This document shows, piece after piece, positions 1-15,008 of a DNA stretch of 64,000 nucleotides (position 1 is the first letter of the stretch; each line of letters begins with the position of its first letter). This DNA comes from Kudoa neothunni (taxonomy: Eukaryota; Animalia; Cnidaria). The stretch is from assembly GCA_964304625.1 (NCBI GenBank), contig OZ199839.1, positions 1,188,021 through 1,252,020 of the forward strand. Direction: 5' to 3'. A program made the translations under genes and the position numbers. The notes beneath the pieces were generated by a model. It was not told where the DNA came from. It saw only the letters and a program-made list of their open reading frames with translations, and made no database searches.

Positions 1-62
1 TACCAGCCGACTTTCATTATTATTTTTTTCTGATCATCTCACCCGTTGCTATCCTTCGTTAG

Positions 63-771
63 ATAGTTGTACTTGGATGGATTGTAATGTTGACGAGATG
101 GATACTTGTGTTGTTACTATGGAGGATATTTTGAGACAAATGGAGAATTTGTGTTACAAGTAATTTCCTTCTAGTTGTGGGTTGTGGTCGATATACACTT
201 TATTATGAATTGTTCCCACGTTTTTTTATTAATAATTAATATTATTTTTTTAATTGAATTAGCATTCCTGGGCTGAAAGTTGACTACGACCCGGATATAG
301 CTATTCGGCAGATTGATTCGGAGCTTCATATTTTGTTGTCGAAAACGGGTAAAACTCCTCGCACTAAAATACAAATTTATCGACTTAAACAACAGTTTAT
401 CTATTTATTATGGATAGATAAATCTCAGAAGGACGAAGAGCGCGAGAAATTCCTCATAAACGAAAGACAACGGTTTGTTGACATAAAAAATCAACAACTT
501 GAAAATTCACTTGCTCTAAGCCCCCAAGACTCGGAAAAGTAAGTTACACGAACTACTCTTGGATGGTCTTATCATTTTTCATTTTTAGAGGAGATAAAGC
601 GAACGATGAGGATTTAGTTCGTATAAGAGAATCGTTCTCTGCATTTTTTAATCATGCTTATGGAGAAGTGAAAAAGAATGTTTCTAAATTTATTTAATTG
701 TATAGCGTCGTATAGAACGTTTAAGGAGTGTTTTTCTGTCCGATGAAATTGTTATTAAATCAAATCATTAA
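63..771 (+). CDS. 3' exons of an unidentified multi-exon gene (charged, probably helical C-terminus); 5' part lies outside the window
   Basis: Short GT-AG introns join open segments: DSCTWMDCNVDEMD.. / IPGLKVDYDPDIAIRQIDSELHILLSKTGK..SPQDSEK / GDKANDEDLVRIRESFSAFFNHAYGEVKKN / RRIERLRSVFLSDEIVIKSNH, stop TAA 769-771. No family recognised. Confidence 0.55.
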
Positions 772-1121
772 TTCGTTAAAATCGGTAGATAGGGATGGGG
801 ATAAATGCCTCGAGAGATCATCATAACTTTAGGAAGCTTTATTTATCATTAGCATAATATGTCAGTTAAAATGAAACTAAAATTGTTCAAAATAAAACAA
901 AAACTTATAATATCTAATGTTGGCGCAGTATATTTTAATAAACACAGGTATATTTGATGCTACGATGTATTTTGACCAGTATATTTAAATTTGAGAATTT
1001 ATTATGCCTTCATTTGAAATATATCCTACTATGATTATGAGATAATAGTACTGAAAAAGACGAACATTTGTTGTTTGTTTTGCTTCTAAAGGCGATTAAT
1101 TAATATTAGAGACTGATAGAG

Positions 1122-2409
1122 ATGAAACATAACGTAATGTTTGCCTGTCGAATTTCTATTTCTAATTTGGAGAGTAGTTATACGTTAAAATGATGTGTGT
1201 TACGGTAGGAAGTGCGCTGTTGGTGTTCTCGTTGTTGCTGCACAGCGTTTTCATTGCAGCTCAAGATTTGATTCGATTTAACGTTCCACAAAAAACATGG
1301 ACAAAAATTGTACGCAAATTAGATATTCCATGTATACAATACACTCCTTTTGTACACATAAAAATTGTGCTTACTTTTTTTATGTAGCTAAGGAGTATAT
1401 AATTCAAGACAATGTCATTTACACGTTCGAAAAATATCAACATCACAGAAAACCCTCTCAAGATCATGAAATTACTATTGGACTATTTGCTGGTTGCCTT
1501 ATTTTTGAAAAGCATCATCATTGTGTTTCTGATCTGTCCTACTTAGGGTTATGTAATTATTCCGATATTTTAGTGTTTGTATAGTGTATGTGTCGGTAGG
1601 GTTTGATAGAGGCAATTTGGGAAAAAGTATTTTTTATGGACTATAACTGTTTGTTGGATGTAATGACTTGGAAAATTTTTATTAAGATTTCACCGAAGCT
1701 TTCAAAACTCTTCGCGGTATATATTTTTAATTATGATATGTGAATAATAATTCGTTTTTTATTGATTGTAGTGTCAAAGCTTCGAACTATATATAAAAGT
1801 ATAGTTATATTGATTATTGAGCTTAATGTGTAATTCAGGTTCCTCACGAGGCAAAATACCCTTTGTTAATATATTAAAACCTTCTGGATGTAAATTTAAA
1901 CTCCCCCGATCATCTCGCGGTTAAATAATTCTATTCGTTTAGTTCTAAATTCTGGCATGATAACACCAGTACTAACCTATAGTATTCTATGTTCGATGCT
2001 GATTATTCTGTTGATTGTCATATCAATATTTTTGCCATTGAATATCTGCTATAGAGAATCAATTAAATATTCGGGAATATTTATTAGCATAATATGTAAG
2101 CTTTCATTTAATTTTGGTATTATATTAATAAAACCTCAAAATTCCACTAAAGGGATGTTCACATTACCAATAATGATAGGGTTGACTATCTTTACGGAGA
2201 AAATACGCAAAAATTCCACAAATATGATCTACGGCTTGAACGCGGCGTCACTATGGATTAATTCAGTGACATTGTTATTATCAGCAATACTGTTCTCCAT
2301 TGCTCACTATTATAGAAGATACTCGTATGTTAAAGTTAGCGGAGATCATCCAAAAAAAACCTCAACCAAGTCAAACAAGATCGTCAACTTATTTGACTCG
2401 AAAAAATAA
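1122..2409 (+). CDS. Claudin/PMP22/EMP-like four-transmembrane protein (multi-exon)
   Basis: Splicing joins ORFs 1190.., 1297.. and 1957..2409. TM1 is VTVGSALLVFSLLLHSVFIAA; the first loop has IGLFAGC...C (claudin GLW-C-C-like signature); TM2 and TM3 follow; then YGLNAASLWINSVTLLLSAILFSI (like claudin YGxS..AW TM4) and a basic tail. Some splice sites are ambiguous. Confidence 0.65.
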
Positions 2410-2753
2410 ATATTTACCAAAATTAGTTCCCTAATTCAATATTTACATAAATTTTTAAATGTTGTTACCTTATGTTTGATTTAGATGAAAGCATATGCGA
2501 TTAATCCCAGCTAAAAACACTTGGTTGAATTAAATCTTATTCTTTTAATCAGTTAACTATTAGCGTCAGTAGCAACATCATCACGTAATTACAATTCTTT
2601 TAGAGTTTAGTTAATTTATAAATTAATTAATTTGACAAAGTTATCCCATCGCTTTGGATACACACCTAATTAAGTGATTGCCAAAGCCGCTTTTATAGTA
2701 GCTGATAGTCGTCTGCCTGCCCTCAACACAACATTCAATATTCGATATTCGAT

Positions 2754-3423
2754 ATGGCTGGCAATATCACATTAAAAGTTATCGTACTGCTGATCAACTA
2801 TATTCAGTTCATATTACATGTGTTTTTCGTAACGTTCTACGGAGTTAGAACTCCGAACAATATTATTTGGATATTTCCTTTGGCCACTAGTGTAACGGTA
2901 CGGTGGGGGTTGAATCCGATTGGTTTAAATTTTAGATGATCTGTTTTATTGTGCCTGCATATAGATTCTGTTGGCTACTGTTTCACTCACTTGCACCTGC
3001 CGTAGTGCTAGAAACAAAGCATTGGTATATATAATTTTTTTAACTTATGAAACTCAGCGATTCTCCACTCTCCATTTGTAGGAAATAACCACTGCTGCAT
3101 TGTTTTCAATAAACACTCTGGCTTGTTTAATTTGTGGTGTACTACTTTGTATTGTTCTTTTCACAAACAACCAGTGTTTAAAAAGCTTCCCTCATTACGG
3201 CGAATGCGATGAAAACTACAGAGCAATAAGAATTTTAGTTGCCGTGTCGTATGGGGTTGAAATTCTGTTGTCACTCTCCATCGCTCTTTACAATTGTCGT
3301 TGTTGTATGACGATCACACAACATCAACTACCCAACAATATTCATTCGAAGGAAGAAGGATGTCTACTACATATCAAAGAAAGTCCCGCCGTTCCTAATC
3401 AAGTTTCTTCAGAGCATCTCTAA
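2754..3423 (+). CDS. MS4A/CD20-like four-transmembrane protein (3 exons: 2754-2897, 2965-3024, 3082-3423)
   Basis: Phase-0 GT-AG introns give one continuous ORF with four hydrophobic helices, a Cys pair in the TM3-TM4 loop, and TM4 ending EILLSLSIALYNCRCC (MS4A-like E..S..A..C..C). Confidence 0.6.
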
Positions 3424-5179
3424 TTATTGATCTACTACATCAACATTATTATGTTATTTTATAGGGATAGCTTTTTGGTTTGTTTAATTGTTTCAAATTA
3501 TTCAGAAGTATTTTCCTATTCGACGTAATATCCCAAAAATACTAATTATCCTAAAAAATAATGGGCTTGTCATAATTTTTATATAAATACAACTTAAATT
3601 TCCCAATTTAATTTTACTTTTATGGACATAACCAAATATCGCGTTTTAGAACATATTTATTGCGTGAAAAACTATATAACATTTGGAAGAAGATATAAAT
3701 AGCTCAAAATAAATCTCAACATCTGCTCTAGCGCTAAAATATACATTTTCTTGATAAACGCATTTTAAATAATGAATCAATAATCTAAATAATAAGAGAA
3801 TATTTGTTGTTTGGAGCAAGTTGCGATAAAATAATAATCATAAAACAAGTTTGATATGTAATAACAATACGTCGTAAAATTTAGCTATGGTGGCTAAAAT
3901 TATAATCTACAATATTTATTTGAAACGTCTCATTTAAACGTTATTAAAAACGAATTCATTACCAGTTATCAATAAAAAATCAGTTTTTCTTAAATTGATA
4001 TAGTATATTTAGAAAATGTGATTTTCCATAATAACAAATAGTAATAATAAAGATTCGTTATTTTGTTAGATCAAACATCAAACGCTTTTAAATGAAACTA
4101 AATCCATACTCTGTCGTAAATCTATTGCCTCTTTCTACCAGTCAGCATTTTCATTATCAACTTTTTTTAACAATACAATCTGCAACTTTATTATGTGATT
4201 TTTTATAATTCAATATTGTGGCACCATCATCTGAAACAACAATTAATTATGATACTAATAGAGATTCGTAATTTTTGTAAGAAATTAATAAAAATTTTAA
4301 ATTAACCCTAAAGAGAATGCTTTCGGCTGTGAATAGGCTCTACTATAAGCCTGGTTTTGAAGACAACAGTGATATACTGTCGATGCATGAACTGGCGAAA
4401 GTTTAGACTCATGTTTTAATCGTTAAAATCAACAGATACTAACAATACCCTAACTATCTACATGGTGGGAAGACTACAGACCCGACGGCGCGAGCTCTTT
4501 CATTACATATCACATCAAAATTTTCTATCACTCAATATTCTTTATTTTATTCCCAATAACCAAAAACATTTTCTCAATTGATGTCACCTATTCGGTTTGT
4601 AATGATTTAACTTATAGTAATTTTTTTTGTTCTACTTATCTTTTAATGTCTGTATAAAAGGTTATTTTTTAATGTTGAGACCGTTTGTCTTAACATATCT
4701 CCATATGGCCCGAAGATAAAAATGTTTCCCCATCTCTGACCTACGAAAATGATTAAAATAGGGTGTTTCGACTGACCGATAATGATTAGACCAATAATAA
4801 AATTTCTTCAGAGATAAAAAAATTAAAAATAAAATGACTCACATCTTTGAACATTTTTTGCTCGCTGAAAACGCATATATTTTATAATCCTTTTGTTTCC
4901 GAATTTTTGTATTCTTAAAAAATTATATTTATTGTAATATTAGTGGAATATTCTGTATTTGGAAATAAATTTTTTAAAAATAGACTATAGAGAAAAGTAA
5001 AAACCATTTTTTATTGATCTATTTGAGTCTTTTCCAACCTTTTGGTTCACGTTCCCCAGATTAACTAAACTAAATGATTATTAACCTCAAAGTATATTAA
5101 TTATGTAAAGTTATAATATTATTGTTTCAGATTTATTTTTTTTAAGAGTAAAAGCTTCCTTGTGGATCCCCTGAAATTA

Positions 5180-7079
5180 CCGTCGAGATTGGATATTGCG
5201 TAATTCCAAAATTTCGACGTTATTCTCCTTAGAGAGAAACCTTTTTTTTGTATTTTTATTATTTTATCATTTTGTAAACATTGTTAACATTAAAAAATAA
5301 GAAAATTGATTACTTATATATAGTCTTTTTATTGCGTGGTTTTAGTAACTCATCTGTTTAACAATAGAAGTGTTTTCTTCATTATTTCCCGTTAAAAACG
5401 TAATATTTAAGAGAAATAAATAATTAGTATAATTCAGTAGAAATGTTGAAAGTTGTCGAAAGAATGACGAATTCTAAGTTTAGATTGAACGATATGGTGA
5501 TCTAAATTGAATATTAATGTACTGTCACGTTTAAGATAGTTTGAAAATTGATGGAATTCTTAACGAAGATAAACTCAAAAATACGGATATTGAAACTAAA
5601 AGGAGGACATATTTATCGGGAAAATTAAAAATATAGATGGTGAGCTGTATGATTGGCTTGTTAAACAATGGACGAATGATAATGTTATGCTGAGATTTAT
5701 TATTATCAAAGTTGCTATATATATTGCAAATAAAAAAGAAATTTCCAATTTAAAGTCTAGTTAAGGGTGGTTTTCGGATTCCACTTCGAAATATGCGATA
5801 GCTTTCAAAATGTTACATGATAAGGCTGCGAATACCGATATTTCATCAATCGACTCATTGAATGTTGAAACCACTAGTTTGGTTAAGACATATAATCCTA
5901 AAGACGTTATAAACATTTATGAAATAGCCCTTCATTTTTGAGCTGTTACAAAACATTTGTTATGTTTTAAAGGATGAAGTCGGAACATAGGGCGAAAAAT
6001 ATCCATAAAGAGTGAATATTTTACTGTCACTTATTTTTAAATAGGTGTAAACTCCCATCTGTTTTAATTGGTAAATTTCAGAATTCTTGACGTTTCAAAT
6101 GAGTTAAACATCTACCTCGTGAATATTATTCAAGAAAGACACATGGATGAAGTGTAATATATTTATGAAGATAACGAGACAATCGAACCAAAGAATGATA
6201 GATGAGAACAGAGAAGTTTTAATTTTGTGGGATCAATATCCTTTTCATCCCAAAAATAATGAAATTTGTTTTCTACCAAAAAAAACAACTAATACTCTAC
6301 AAACCTTAATTTAAGCATCATCAAATGCATTAAAAATAAGACAGGGATACACTTGCTAAGCACACGGTTTTATGTGAAGCTTTTATCATCGAAAAATAAT
6401 CATTACTAAACTCAATCATGCCATTAATTAAAATTTGGGAGAATATTACACTAGAAATTATATTGGCTTGTTTTAAAAATCAAAAATATTTGATGGTAAT
6501 ACATAAAACTACAATAATAAAGTTAAGAGCAGTTCACAAAGTAATATTTGATGTATACATAATTAATATTTTTAAATGAAGTTGAAGTTTACGAAAATAT
6601 ATTTGACGATGATAATGCTGCAACACGTGAGACTCAAAATCATGCGGATATATTGCCCACGATGGTTAATCTGATGATATCGAACCAATTATTAAAGAAG
6701 TCAAAAGTTTAATCAAATAAATAAAAGATACGACTAACAATTTGAAGGAAATTTTGATTCAAGAGGCTCCATCTGGATTGTTTGATTTATATTCCACAAC
6801 GGACATAATTTAAAAAGTATCAATAGAAAGATTTCGACATACAAAAATCACAAGATTGTTTAGCAAAATTTAATAACTCATCCTTAATTGAATTTTATGT
6901 TATCTGTGTTTTAACAAAGTTTGTTTGTAGGAATAATCATCAAACATAAGCGCAAGAAAATCGTATTTAACAGTATCGTTCGCACGCACGCACGCACGAT
7001 ACTGGATATTGCATAAAAACTTTTTATTGCGTTGTTCTTTGCAGGTCCCAAAAACTCACGCAATATCCAATCTCGACTG
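5180..7079 (+). mobile_element. Decayed Tigger/pogo DNA transposon
   Basis: 22-bp TIRs (ccgtcgagattggatattgcgt / acgcaatatccaatctcgactg) flanked by TA on both sides. Internal remnants of a CENP-B HTH (IDGELYDWL, GWF) and DDE_1 domain (LWDQ..HP) carry many stops and frameshifts. Confidence 0.8.
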
Positions 7080-8022
7080 TATGTATAGTTAGAATTCAAT
7101 TTTAGGCTGAAAAACGCACGTCTAGCAAGAGATTGAGACAAGTTATAGATTCTTGATTTTTTTTAGCGCGTTGCAACACAACCAGTTTTTTAATCTGTTT
7201 AAATAAGGATAAGCTAGTGTTATGCCAAACTGATACTAAGTTATCCTTTTTATGTAAATTTCAAATAATTCGACAGACTGCATTTTTATAAGAAGTGCTA
7301 CGATAAATCTCTGTGAAATATTCATTCAGATTTACTAAGAATTAATTATTTTGATCATTAAATATAGGAGGAAAATACTAAATCAAAACCTCTAATTATC
7401 TAGTTATTCATGCGCAAACATATTCCTGACATTTTCCATTATAAAATTATTATAATTAAATTAACTGAATTCGGAAAAATAGAAAATCTTTTAAAATCTC
7501 TCAATATTAAAGAACTGTATGTGTTCATAGTTCTAATCCTTTCTGATCGACGTATGTCTTATATTTGATTTGTTCCATATTACAAAATTAAGTCAAAATA
7601 TCTAATTTTTTTAAATCACCGAAGAAAATTATTATTTTGATTAACTAATCTATTAAAATTATAGAAATATCACGCCACTATTTTCACTATTATTTCCCGT
7701 GTGAGAAGTTGCTTTCACGTTGTGATCATAATCTTAAAAATGCGCTCCCATATGTCGTCTCAATAGCAACTATATTTATTAACACTATTATCTTACTTAA
7801 CTTCAACACAAAATTAATGGTTTTTGATTTAGATTTCTTTCACATCCATTAAGTATCAACTAAAGTTTGGCTACCGCGTAAACTAGACTTAAGCTTTTGT
7901 TGCTAAGATTAGGTGTATACCTATTAGTTGTTTTGATCAATTGAAATTGGTGAAGCAAATCTATAACTACAACTAATAATATTTAAATTATCGTTAATAA
8001 ATAATTTGATAAAAAATAATCA

Positions 8023-8036
8023 GTTGCTATGACAAC
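8023..8036. promoter_or_regulatory. Candidate RFX X-box upstream of MELK
   Basis: GTTGCTATGACAAC is a near-palindromic match to the X-box GTTGCCATGGCAAC, about 105 bp before the MELK ATG. Confidence 0.35.
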
Positions 8037-8141
8037 GATGTTTCATGAACATCTCCTGCGAAAAAGCGGCACCCTAAAACCAAGATTAAATTGAGATTAG
8101 TTAATTTGCGTTGAACATCAAGTTATTGTGGAAGCGTTGTG

Positions 8142-10939
<2,798 letters not shown>

Positions 10940-12760
10940 TAATAAATGTTCCTTTTTTATGTTTGATACGAGGGAATGATCTTTGCTGCTTATATGTGTG
11001 TGCGTGTTGTAGTGGCGAGTTTTGTTTTCCCTGTGCTCTTTTTAAATTTTACAAATTTCGCGCTTGAGTTATGGCAGATGGCGTGATTGTGACGTTTAAA
11101 AGTTACCAACAAAGTTGCGATTTTAAGCTATGGAAACGCATTATGAAGGCGAGATGCGCCTCCATCGTGTTTCCACGATTATAAGACTTAATCTATAAAT
11201 AATATTTAATAGTATTCTTGAGCTAATTTCGAGTATATGATGTAATAAAATAGATAAATGCTGAATAGTTTGAATAATTTAATTTTATTGGGTTGTTAAT
11301 AATAATAAAATTTTTGGAGATAACGTACACGTTTGACGGAAATATTTAGTGCGGTTTTCAAGTTGTTTAAAATAATTTAGTGAAGCATATAGTAGAATAT
11401 ATGCTCCGCAATAGCGAATACCAGCTGTTTTAGTATATAATAAATAATAAAAATAAATAGCATAGAAAGGTGAAAAGAATAGTTTTTCGAAATAATATTT
11501 GATAATGTTTTAATTTGGTTTTCTTTATCAAAAGATACACAGGAAAATTGTTCATTAATATACGTTATTCTCTTATGCCTCCATATAATACAATGTTTTC
11601 TTAAATTTAGTGAAGTTAAAAAAAGGAAAATTTAATTAATGCCATTTTTTTATTTGGGCTTATTTTTTCATTTTAAAGTTGAAGCTTTAATTATTCATGT
11701 CATTTTTAGTTTTTTTAGATTAAATTGTGTCTAAATACATATAAGGCTCTTTATTTTGCATCAAACTACACTTAATAATTATAGAATCATGGGATAAAGT
11801 TCGATAAATATTTATTTTAAACTATTAAAATGTTTAATGTGTTAAAAAATCTATATATTTTGTATAATAATTACTATAATTAGGAGAACAAATTTTGTTA
11901 TGCCATAATATCCATATTATTAAAAACTATAAACCGTTATAAAAATCTCGAGAGTAATATGAACCTTCATTTAGATTAGAAATATAAATAAATTTAACAT
12001 ATAAAAATTACGGCTAATGAAAAAAAGATATTTATATTTATAAAAAATTATATTTTTAATACATTTTAATATTTAACATCATGTAAACGGTTACAAGAAA
12101 AAATTATTCAATATTATTGATATATCGAAAATAAATAATATTCTATATTTTAATTTATATGGTTAGTTCTACAATAATTACTAAGAAAAGTCGATTTTTC
12201 TTCAGTTCTTTAACTTAAAAGACATATTTTCTAATTTAGCAAGGAATTAGAAGATATAAAAAGGGACATTACTTCGACAATTCTTAAAAATTTTATGGAT
12301 AGATATATTTTTGTTAACGAACTAAGAATAGTTTTAGAATGTAGAAACTTAACTAATTTATGCTATCTTTAACATTACATAGCTTATACTAAACTCGTTT
12401 TCAATGGATTACGAATTAACTAAATAAATCAAATGATGCTTATCATATTACTCTTCATATTTATGAATTCTATAATTAAATGTTGTCCGAAATCATCACT
12501 CATTTTTGAATGGAACGCATTATTAATTGGAGATCAAATATCCTATATTTAACAAATTCTGGTATTATAATATCACTGTTTTGGAACTAAAATGCGTCGT
12601 AAAATTCATTGTCACAGAGTTAATAACTAATTTTAAAGTTTTATAGATAGTCTATTTCAATTTTTTAAAACCGGAAGAATTCAATATTTGAATATGATCA
12701 TTATTCTTAATGACAAATGTTATTAAATATAATTTTTTCATTCTATTACATCGTATAGAT

Positions 12761-13308
12761 CAGGGATCGGGAATCTATGACTCGTAAACAAATTTTCATT
12801 GTAAAAAGAAGTTTCGTTAAATTCCTTTGTGGAAATCTAAAACGGTCACTACGGAAAGTCAGTTACTCACTGTATCATACACTGCAACATGCGAGTATGA
12901 CCTCAGTGAAAATGTTTAACTCTACGTTTGTATGTGGGCAGTCTCTCTACATTTAAGAGATATTAAGACCAAAGTACGGTGAATTTTAACGGATGGAAGT
13001 CTAAAAGTTTATATAGAGTTTCATCTTACCTCTTATCAACCAGACTACAAAGCCGTCTGCAAAACTATGCAGAACCCGAAGTCGCATTAATGATGAGAAA
13101 TATTCTTCACTGATTAGCAATAGCGTAAAATTGCTATTAAAATAATTTAGTGACTTGTTTTAGTTTAAAGTGTTGGAATTACATAGTAGGTACACATGCA
13201 CGTCTATATTTAGTGTTGAAACATACTGTATGGCTCTTGTGGAATTAAGCTTAAAAAAGTATGTGGTCTTTGTGTCTGTTTCTCACCAAAAATGGTTCCC
13301 GACCCCTG
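12761..13308 (+). mobile_element. Non-autonomous hAT (Charlie/Buster-type) element
   Basis: TIRs cagggatcgggaatc / ggttcccgacccctg with a perfect 8-bp TSD GTATAGAT (12753-60, 13309-16). It retains a remnant of the transposase C-terminus (ST.VC..., LTD, PDY...Q..KSH*). Confidence 0.9.
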
Positions 13309-13412
13309 GTATAGATGAATAGATTAATATACGATTATTTCGGATAATAAGAAATTTAATTCACGTCTCGCCAAAACACGGGATTTAATAGTCTATTTGT
13401 TTCAACCAACAA

Positions 13413-14799
13413 ATGTTGATTTTATCATTTCTCTTAATATTTTTAAAGATAGTATCGCCTGGTAAATTAAATTATTGTATTTTTCTTTTAACATCTTCGC
13501 AGAAATGGCATTGACTAATTATGATTTTGATGCTGGTGAACCGCCTTCTTGGATGGACGAAGCTCAACAAAAAGCAGCTGTAGTTGATAGATGGTATGTC
13601 GATAAAGCTACCGCAACATGCAAACCATTTAAATATAAAGGCTCCCTTGGAAACTTTAATAATTTCGTGTCAAAGGCAGTTTGTCAATATCACCGTAAAC
13701 TGTAATTAGCCCCTATTTTAATAACGTTGGAAATAGTTACTTTTACACCTGAGGAGAAATCAAATGCGTGTGCAAAATCTAAATCAGAAGGTCTTTGCAC
13801 CGTACCAGCGGAGAGAAGACAAACAAGATGGTATTACTCAAAAGCAGCTGCTAACGGCAAGGAAGCTCACTCCTGCCACATGTTTAAATATAGTGGATGC
13901 GGTGGAAACGCAAATAATTTCGAGTCAGAAATTGAATGCAAAAATGCGTGCCGAAGTAAGTCTATTTTCCGACATTAAATAAATTTCTGTTTATGGAACG
14001 TTTTGTATTAGATAGTAAAAATGGCGACGTTGCTACCGGTACTGCTGAAAATACACTGACACCGACTCCAAATAAATTTGATTGCGGCTTCGCAGCTGAA
14101 GTGGACAGTGCAACCCCTAAAATGGGAGTTGTTCTACATAAGGATAAAAAAAGATGTGTGTATGCAGCGGTCGGCGGAACTGCAAAAAGGGGATATTTTG
14201 AGGAGTTACCTAAATGTGTAGAATCGTGCATAAGTACTCAGTTGTATGATATATATTTGCTAACCAAAAATAGCTGATCTAGTCGCTGCCTGTAAAGCAA
14301 CCGGCCCATATCAAGTTCAGCCTACAAACAAAATTACAACTGAAGCTGAAGCTGGAAATAATTTAAAAGAATACTTTTATTTCCATAACGGGAAAAAAGC
14401 TTGTCTCCCATTTCTTTCAAAAACTCCTGAAGCCTCGTTCATAATTGATGATGGTTCAAACAATATTTTTAGTTCGGCGGAACTCTGTGCAAGCTTTTGT
14501 CCTGCGAGTAATTAAAAATATTATATTCCTCAATCTTGTTCTATTTATATGAATACAACTTAGCTGCCCATCTTGGTGATCTTGTAGCCGTTGATGCTTG
14601 TAACCAGGAGAAAGTCGGTGAATTTACCACCGGGGATATGTATGAATTAACTCGGTACTACTATGGGTCAAACAACAGTAACACTAAAAGTTGTCAGTCA
14701 TTTAAATTCAACGGAAAAGAGATGAACTTGAATAATTTCAAAACTCAAGCAGCCTGTATGGCAATTTGCGGAACACCTTTATCTTCCCCTGGTGGTTAA
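13413..14799 (+). CDS. Secreted five-Kunitz-domain protein, copy 1 (signal-peptide exon plus one exon per domain)
   Basis: Signal peptide MLILSFLLIFLKIVSP and five phase-1 GT-AG introns. Domain 2 is canonical (RWYY..C..FKYSGCGGNANNF....C...C); domains 1, 3, 4 and 5 are degenerate Kunitz folds. The long C-terminal tail of the other copies is absent. Confidence 0.9.
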
Positions 14800-15008
14800 T
14801 ATTCGATATATTAAAAAAGCCCCAACACCTTGGTTTTCTTAACTTTATTTAAATTAAGAAATACAAAAAACAAAATGATTTACTATTATATATATATATA
14901 TATATCCTGCATGCCATTAGTTCAGTTGGACTCAAATATGTCTTATTTTTTGCATTAAAACAAAATTATTCTACTTATTTAATATTGTAATGTATTGATA
15001 CGCGTGTT

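Noticed and set aside
4455-4745. Possible small hAT MITE (catggtgggaagac ... gtttccccatctctg)
   Set aside because: The TIRs align only with a gap and there is no convincing TSD.
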